A DNA stretch of 40,432 bases from Octopus bimaculoides (taxonomy: Eukaryota): assembly GCF_001194135.2 (NCBI RefSeq), contig NC_068982.1, positions 123,520,965 through 123,561,396 of the forward strand, in the 5' to 3' direction. The notes beneath the pieces were generated by a model, which was given only the letters and a program-made list of their open reading frames with translations, did not search any database and had not been told where the DNA came from. This document shows, in pieces, positions 32,875-40,432 of this stretch. The position numbers were made by a program, and so were the translations under genes. The stretch's first letter is position 1. Every line of letters begins with the position of its first letter.

Positions 32875-35250
32875 CATCATCATCATCATCATTTAACATC
32901 AGTTTTCCATGCTGGCATGGGTTGGATGGTTTGACTGGAACTGGTAAGGTTAGGGTCTGCACCAGGCTCCATTGTTTGTTCTAGTATGGTTTCTATGATT
33001 GGATGCTCTTCCTAATGCCAACCACTCCACAGAGTGTACTGGGTGCTTTTTAAGAGGCACCAGCACCAATGCTTTTAATGTGGAGCCAGCACAAGTGCTT
33101 TGTATGTAGCACCAGCACTGGTATCAATTCTGTTGTGGTGGACAGGTCTTCTTGAGTACAATGAGACACCAGATATCTTGGTCTTTTGCCATCTTTGTAA
33201 GGCTCAGCGTCTTGAGATTGGCCTTCAGTACTTCATCCCATGTCTTCCTGGATCTCTCTCTTCCACAAGTTCCATCCACTTTAAGTGATCAGCACTTCTG
33301 TATGCAACTGTCTACATCCAAATGCATCACATGACCAAACCAGTGCAGTCTTCTCTCTTGTACACTGCATCTAATTCTTCTTATGCCCAACTTTTCTCTC
33401 AATACACTAGCACCTTGTCATGCATGTACATTGATATTGCACATCCAGCAGAGCATACTAGTTTCATTCCTCTTGTGCCTTTGCATGTCTTCTGCATTCG
33501 GGGCCCATGTCTCACTACCACGTAGCATTGCTGTTCATACACATGCATCATACAATCTTCCTTTCACTTGGAGAGAGAGACTTTGGTTGCCAACAGAATT
33601 AAGAGCTCTGTAAATTTTCTCCATCCTATTTTTATTCTAGTGATAACACTTTCTGTGCATCTTCCCCACAGCTAATTAGGTCCCCTAAGTAACAGAAATT
33701 ATTCACTACTTCTAATGACCCTCTAGGGCATTTGAGAAGATTGATTTCCTGAGTATTTGTAGATTTATGGCTCCTATGCATCTTCCACAAACAAACACTA
33801 CCTTCACTGATAACCTTCCTATTATTCCACTGCACCTTTTGTGTGTCCATAGCTTGCACTGGGTACACCTTATTGAATTCCTGCCTATACCTTTCCTACA
33901 TATAGAGCAGAACCATTTACCTGATGGAGGAAATGTCATGTGTTTTCTTCTTCACTAGAATCTTAGTCTTTGCTAAGTTAATTGTAAGTCTCTTTGATTC
34001 CAGGTTTTGCTTCCACACCTGGAATTTCTCTTCTAGTTTTGTAACAGAATCTGCTATAGGTGCAGGATCATCGGCCATATAACAGGTCCCAGGGGAGACA
34101 ATCTCGAATCCCTTGGTTATAGCCTGGATGACAATGATGTCCCCCAGGAGGGGACAGAATATCAAAACTTGATGAATGCATACCTATACACTAAATTCAT
34201 CACTATACTCATGGTGAACTCTCACCTTATTGACAGAACTTCTGTACATGACTTGTACAACTTTCACAAGCCACTTGTCTACCCATACCTTCTTCAGAGC
34301 CCACCATATCACATAGTGGGGTACTCTATCAAAGGTTTTCTCTAAGTCAATAAATGTCAAGTACAATGGTTTATTCTTGTCCCAATATTTCTCCTGCAGT
34401 TGTCTGACTATAAAGATAACATTTGTAGTACTTCTTCCTGTCACAAAGCCAAACTGTATTTCATCTAATCTGATTCTGCTCCTAATTAACTGGGTTATAA
34501 TTCTTTCTGTAACTTTCATGACCTGGTTCAGTAATTTGATGCCTCTGTAATTACTTCTATCTAAGGCATCTCCCTTACATTTGTAATAGCTGACTATAAT
34601 GCTGCTATACCAGCCATTGGGGATGACACCATCCTGAACAGCCTGAGTAACCATACACCTAACTAGACCATATCCTACTCTGACAGTTATTTTAAGGATC
34701 CCAGCAGTGATTTTCGATGGGCCAGGGTCTTTCCTTGTCTTCATATCCTTCATTGCCTTATCTACCATATGGCTATCAGCACGAATAGTTGGTCCCTCTG
34801 TTGGGTTCACATAGGGGAGATCCCCTTTCTCCCATTCATTCTCCACATTTAATAGCCTCTCTTAGTAGCACTTCCACACCTCTTTCTTTTTGGAATCACT
34901 GAGTGCAAGCATACCATTATCCATATGCACACACTTCTCTCCTACTACATCTCAATTCTCTCCAACAAACTGTCTAGCAATCTGAAACATCTCAAGTCTC
35001 TGATCTTTACGCTGTAAGATGTTGACAAACCTCTTCCTTTCTGCTTCACTCTAGCTTGATAAACCTGTTGCCTAGCTTCCCACTCAGCTACCTGATATAG
35101 CTCTTTGTTGCCTCCATTTCTCCAGTTTTTCCAAACCTATCTCTGCTTTTATGACCTTATCTACCTCACTGCTCCACCATCAGGTCACTCTCCACCTGGC
35201 AGAGACTGCTCCCAACAACAGATCTTGTCTGCAGCCTTCAGCAGATTGTC
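32875..35250 (-). mobile_element. 5'-truncated RTE-clade LINE: linker, RT, PHD-like finger, ORF end, 3'UTR, (ATG)n tail
   Basis: ORF 34184-34846 (KDPGPSKIT, SIIVSYYKCKGDALDRSNYRGIKLL, DEIQFGF..GRSTT, FIDLEKTFDRVP); YMADD..NLAKTK (33917-34165); CSICRKGIGRNSIRCTQCKLWTHKRCSG..CGRC (33712-33939); LEVVNNFCYLGD. Continues into the tailed repeat at 32875-33120. Frameshifted, so non-functional. Confidence 0.93.
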
Positions 35251-35304
35251 TAATGTATGTATGCATGTATGTATGTATTATGTGTGTGCGTGTGCGTGCA
35301 TGCT

Positions 35305-35436
35305 TTCTGGCTACCTCCTTTTTCTTAATATATAAAATCTATACACTATTTTAATTATTGTATGCATGCATGCATGTATAAATTGTTTAAAATAGTGTAC
35401 TGATTTTATATATTAAGAAAACGGAGGTAGTCAGAA
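35305..35436. repeat. fold-back inverted repeat, 50-bp arms, 32-nt spacer
   Basis: 35305-35354 versus the reverse complement of 35387-35436: 46/50 identical; the spacer contains (ATGC)n. Confidence 0.9.
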
Positions 35437-36237
35437 TTTTGGATAATTATTTATTTAATGCTTCCATCTCATTTCAGAGAATCATCAGAAATGGTATCTT
35501 TACAGAAATTTTATACCTTTTATATATATGCAAGGTAGTTGAAAAAATCAGAGGTTGAATATGGAATCTATATGTGTATATATATATGATGTGTATGAGT
35601 GTGTGTGTGGTGAAATTTTGGAGGCTTGGTTAGAGGGTGAAAAAAGGAAAGAAAGAAAGACAGAGAGGAAGACAAACAGAAGGACAGGAAAGAAAGAAAA
35701 ATCCAGAAGAACATTCTCTGCCACATCCTCAGATTTTTTCCAGCTACCTCACATCTTGATAATACTAAAACTCTAGGGGTGTTTCTGTGTAACTGAAATA
35801 TCATATTTTATCTTAATTTTTTTACATACTTATTTTCATACTTATCATTGGGCAGTGCAGTACAAATTTTTGTGACATTTGAACCTCTATTTAAACAATT
35901 AAACACAATTTTTGTTAGTTATTTCTTGATGGCTTCCATGACTTCCATGGCTTCCATGACATCAACATACATACACACATACAGAATACACACACATATA
36001 ATGAATGTCCTGGCATGTCAATCAACACAAACACATGTTCGCTATCTGTGACATATACACACACATTGTCTTCGAGCTCTCTAAGAATTTAAAAAAAAAA
36101 CTGTTGACTTTTTGACATACACAATATTTTAATCATTTAGAAATATTTTTAACTGAATGTGATTTCATCATCTGGAGTTTGTTAATTTCTGTAAAGTGAA
36201 AGATGTATGTATGTGTATATGAAATGGACGTGTGTGT

Positions 36238-36238
<1 letters not shown>

Positions 36239-36279
<41 letters not shown>
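36239..36279. repeat. (GA)n microsatellite
   Basis: Direct. Confidence 0.95.
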
Positions 36280-36283
<4 letters not shown>

Positions 36284-36780
36284 AGAAGAGGGAGAGAAAA
36301 AGAGTGACAGAGTGAGTGAAGGGATGTGTTGTCATGTATACGTACATACATCAATATATATGCATACATCTATTTTGTATGTACATGTGCATGTGTGTGT
36401 GAGAGAGAGAGAGTGTGTGTGTGAGTGAGTGGACGTGTTCTCATGTATGTGTAAGTGGCACACTGTCTCCCTCTCTCTCTCTCTCACACACACACACACA
36501 TGTCCATTTCATATACACGTTTGTACATTTTTCACGCTCACCTCTCTTTCACCTTAAAACAAAAGTAACAGGTGATTTTCAGGATAAAAATTGTCAAAAA
36601 AAAAAAAGCTTCTACTCATGTAAATTGATTACTATTGTTTGGATTGTTCCAATTAAGTAAGGCCAGAAGTTGGGTTAAATATATAGACATGTATGAATAC
36701 TGTGAATTTCCATTCAACAAACTGGCAAACAATTCTGTGAATACTTTACAGGGCAAGGCTGGGTAGTAAGTCTAGTATAG

Positions 36781-36904
36781 ATACAAAATGCATGAAATTT
36801 CTGCAAAGATATCATGTCTGAGGATTCTCAGAAACGAAATGAAAGCACTAGATGAATCATTATCCAAAATTCTGATTACCTCCTTTTTCTTAATATATAT
36901 AAAA
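36781..36904 (+). repeat. dispersed repeat, inverted copy of 35405-35525
   Basis: attatccaaaattctga(t/c)tacctcc(t/g)ttttcttaatatata is shared; roughly 80% identical by eye. Confidence 0.8.
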
Positions 36905-36987
36905 CAGGTAATTTTGAAAGAATGGCAACAATAGTACTCACTCACCATAAACCAGTTTGGCAGGGTAGCTATGGCATGTTGGATGGC

Positions 36988-37740
36988 CTACAGCACCTCA
37001 CGGTAGATGACATTTTCCATTTTGGCTTTTGGAGCGAACACAAAAATGAAAAGGATCTTTTTGTATCCGACGTACAACTGGCCATGTGAGAAGCATGGTT
37101 GGCCTAAATGGAGGCCTGTCATTGTTAGTGTTTGGCTTTGGGACTTGTTGGTGAACATGGCAAAGCAAAGTCGAAGAAGGAACTGAAGTTGATGCAAGGG
37201 ATAGGGTTATTGCTTATCTGATGGAGTAAGAGGTATCCTGGGTATAAAGACGTCTCCGATGCCACAACCCGTAAGAATTGTTGCTTCAATAACATGAGGC
37301 AGCACATTTATTTACCACTAACCACATTCCATTGCACAGATATGGTGGCTCCAGGTTCCTCAGCAGCATGGCCAGAGCTCCAATTTTGAGGTGCAGTTGA
37401 TGATGCAGTAGTCCAGAGGGGTCCAAGGAATTGAGGAAATCTGTGGGAAAATTAATGGCCTCTTCTTGGTCCACAACAATGTCCACAGACTTATAGGTAT
37501 GAAGGTTTCACAGTAGGTCTTCATTGAGTTTTGCAACAAATGTGTTTTTGGGAGCTAATATGACTCTTTTGCACAGCCAATTCAGGTTTTGGTAGTTTAT
37601 TGGGACACAGGTGTGTCTACGTGAGACATCCATCTCTCCCACTGCATCGGAGGGAGCTGTGCCATCACCAACGGTGTGAAGTTGCTTGGAGAAGTCACCC
37701 GAGAAGTTGTCACTGAAAAGCTGAGCCCTCATGTTTGGTC
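36988..37740 (-). mobile_element. Helitron RepHel PIF1-helicase C-terminal remnant
   Basis: MRAQL..GDFSKQL..GDG; NWLCKRVILAPKN; EEAINFPTDFLNSLDPSGL..LHLKIGA..MLLRNLEPP.LCNG; PHVIEATILTG..DVFIPRIPL; LQF.LRLCFAM..NKSQSQTL..CFSHGQLYV. These are hallmark Helitron/PIF1 motifs; frameshifted. Confidence 0.92.
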
Positions 37741-38142
37741 AAAAATGAGGGATTTAAGGGCAAAAAACTGATTTTCTATTCAGTTTTGTGCAATTGTTGG
37801 TCATACACAGATGAATTCTGTGCAAATCAGAGTCTTTTAATGTTATCCTTAGGATGAGTAAACAATCTGTAAAGTTTGTACGCAATCCACTGAAGCAGTG
37901 AGAAGTTTTTGTAGATTTAAGGGAGAAAAAAGTGTATAAAAATCGATTTTATCACAGTTTTTCACAGTTTCTTGTCACACAGGGATGCCTTTGGACATAG
38001 AACAGGTACTTGATAGAATCACCATTACATGGTGGTTTTTTGGCCATAAAAACCAATCGGACTTTCCAGTAAAAAGCTTTCTAATGTGTAACTTTGCAAA
38101 AATGCAAAAAATCAATTTATATATATATATATATACACATAT

Positions 38143-38388
38143 ATCATCATCATCGTTTAATGCCTGCTTTCCATGCTGGCATGGGTTCGATGGTTTGACT
38201 GAAAACTGGCAAGCCAAGAGACTGCACCAGGCTCCAATCTGATTTGGCAAGGTTTCTACAGCTTGATACCCTTCCTAATGCCAACCACTCCCAGAGTGTA
38301 GTGGGTGCTTTTTATGTGTCACTGGCATCGACCACATTCACATGGTGCTTTTTACATGCCACTGGCACAGGAGCTAGTCAGGTGGCAC
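38143..38388 (-). mobile_element. (ATG)n-tailed element
   Basis: catcatcatcgtttaatgcctgctttccatgctggcatggg...cccttcctaatgccaaccactcc. Confidence 0.87.
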
Positions 38389-38404
38389 TAACATAATCTA
38401 TGTA

Positions 38405-38554
38405 TATTGGTATTAGGAAGGGAATCAAGCTGCAGAAACCATGCCAAAGTGGACACTGAATATGATTAAGCCCCGTGGCTCACCAGATCCTGTCAAACAG
38501 TCCATCTAACACTAGCATGGAAAATGGACAGTAAACGATGATGATAATGATGAT
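38405..38554 (+). mobile_element. (ATG)n-tailed element, older, head-to-head with the previous copy
   Basis: tattggtattaggaagggaatcaagctgcagaaacc...gcatggaaaatggacagtaaacgatgatgataatgatgat. Confidence 0.75.
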
Positions 38555-39007
38555 CTCAGACATACACACACACACACACACGTTACCTACAAAGCAAGAG
38601 AGAAAACTAACTGTGTTGATAGAATACTATGTTGACAAATAAAATGTTGGGATGGGGGTATATATATTCAAGTATTTTACCTCTTGTAATGTGTATATGG
38701 GAGAGCATGTGTGTGTGTGTGTATGTGTGTGCATATGTGTGTAAGTTTGTGACAACCTGGCAGATCATAATAAATTTTATGAAAGAGATAACCTAATGGT
38801 GTGGCAGGGCAGGGGGCGGTTGTCTAAATCAATGGTGGAGGCCTTCAGTAAAGACATGCAAGTGGAACTGTATTTTAAAAAATAGCTGAAATATTTAATA
38901 TGCAGATATGTTTTCAAAAATATTTTTGAAATATCTTTAAGTTATCTTTTACTTTTAGCACATAATACAGCTTACCTAGTTTTCTGCTTTCATTCCAAAC
39001 TTTTATT

Positions 39008-39420
39008 CCTGCATGGCCGAGTGGTTAAGAAGCTTGCTTTACAACCATGTGGTTTCAGGTTCAGTCCCACTGTCTAGTACCTTGGGCAAGTTTTTTTTTT
39101 TTCATTATACACCCAAATCAACTAATGCTTTATAAGTTAATTTAGTAGATGGAAACTGTGTGGAAGCTTATTGTGTATACGTGTGTGTGTGTAGGGGTGT
39201 CTGTGTTCCTGTGTTTGCCCTATCACCACTGCTTGACAACTAGTATTGCTGAGTTTATATCCCAGTAACTTAGCAGTTCAGCAAAAGAGACCAATCAAAT
39301 AAGTACCAGACTTATTAAAATAGGTACTGGGGCAGATTAATTTGACTAAAATGCTGCAGCCATTCTGGGACACCCAGCATGGCTGCAGTCTAAAGGGTGA
39401 AATTAATAAAAGATAAAAGA
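39008..39420 (+). mobile_element. family A SINE, full length, diverged
   Basis: gcatggccgagtggttaagaag...caggttcagtcccactg...cccagcatggctgcagtc...aaaagataaaaga. Confidence 0.82.
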
Positions 39421-39694
39421 TATTTTATAATGCATTGCATAGTTTACTGCACAAAAGAAAGATCATGTTTTTATATAAAAGTGGAAGTGTTTCTTGTCAA
39501 GGCAAAATTTATTTACTTAATTTACTATGATAGAAATACCAAAACAAAAATCCCATAACTGTCACTTGCAGGTGTGTATCACCTGATAGCATATACCTTG
39601 CTTTTGTTGACTGTTTTAAATGTTTTTGCAGGTGCAAGCAGACATAGACACTCTTCCCACCTTTGACCTTATGAAACAACAAGGCTATGATAGC

Positions 39695-39726
<32 letters not shown>
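39695..39726. repeat. (GA)n microsatellite
   Basis: Direct. Confidence 0.95.
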
Positions 39727-39729
<3 letters not shown>

Positions 39730-40079
39730 CTACACCACAACTCAACTGGTTCTCATTTTCAGGTAGCTGAATAGATTGGAGGAAAATAAAAATAAAGTGC
39801 CTTGCTTAAGGACACAACACACTTATGCAGTACAAACATCTCTATATAAAATCTGATGAATGGGTCATTGAGTGTAGACAACAAACTGAATCATATGGTA
39901 CACCAGACTTCATAGAATGTAAATCAGAAAGAGCTCCATTAGAACATATTGTGTTGATGCAATCTGATAGGAAGCCATCAATTCAAGATGCATAAAGTGG
40001 AGCCCATATATGGACAATTTTGTTAGATTTGCATTTCAGCTAAGTACAAAGACACTGTTTTCATCATTTTTATCAAGGA

Positions 40080-40170
40080 CTAGCAGAAATACCCGGCGTT
40101 GCCCGGGTTAAAGAGAATAATGAAATCTAAAAACGCCGTCTAGACTACGCATCATCTTTATATATAGAGA
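40080..40170 (-). mobile_element. complete non-autonomous mini-Helitron, 91 bp
   Basis: Minus strand A|TCTCTATATATAAAGATG...ACCCGGGCAACGCCGGGT-ATTTCTG-CTAG|T: 5' TC, GC-rich subterminal hairpin, 3' CTAG, inserted between A and T, no TSD. Confidence 0.85.
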
Positions 40171-40432
40171 TGTATATACACACACGCACCCAAACACACG
40201 TATATATATGTATATCAATATAAATATATGAAAGTCAATGAAGTTTCGTAAAAGAAGGTGATCATGTACATACTTTCTTGCTGTTGTGATTATAACACCT
40301 CATTGGGATCTTTTTTAAAACGGGGGCCACATTTTTCATTAACGAAACACTTTGAAACTTGGAACACTGGTAGAATGTATCATATAAAACATCTTTTTCT
40401 CTTAGTCTTCTTTAAAAAAAAGAAATCCATAA

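Overview
AT-rich, repeat-dense animal genomic DNA from a draft scaffold with five N gaps. The SINE repertoire, (GAT)n-tailed repeats and microsatellite load look like a coleoid cephalopod, probably Octopus; this is inferred from pattern recognition, not a search. I can support no intact host protein-coding exon, and most ORF-track entries are microsatellite, N-gap or repeat artefacts. The window is a transposon graveyard. It holds three degraded RTE-clade LINE copies (two with a C4HC3 PHD-like finger just after the RT), many (ATG)n-tailed RTE 3'-end/SINE copies and three tRNA-type SINE families. DNA elements include a Tc1/mariner (maT-like) remnant, a mariner remnant, a hAT MITE with a perfect 8-bp TSD, a Helitron helicase remnant and a complete 91-bp mini-Helitron. 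There is also a probable Penelope-like element (PLE) remnant. The best non-standard signals are two minimal type-I hammerhead-ribozyme motifs with palindromic stem III (24247-24294 +, 3398-3432 -), several decayed hammerhead cores, a 132-bp fold-back, and a CpG-rich to CpG-depleted transition near 6 kb with a candidate promoter at about 5.0 kb. Most repeat boundaries were placed by eye (about +/-20 bp).
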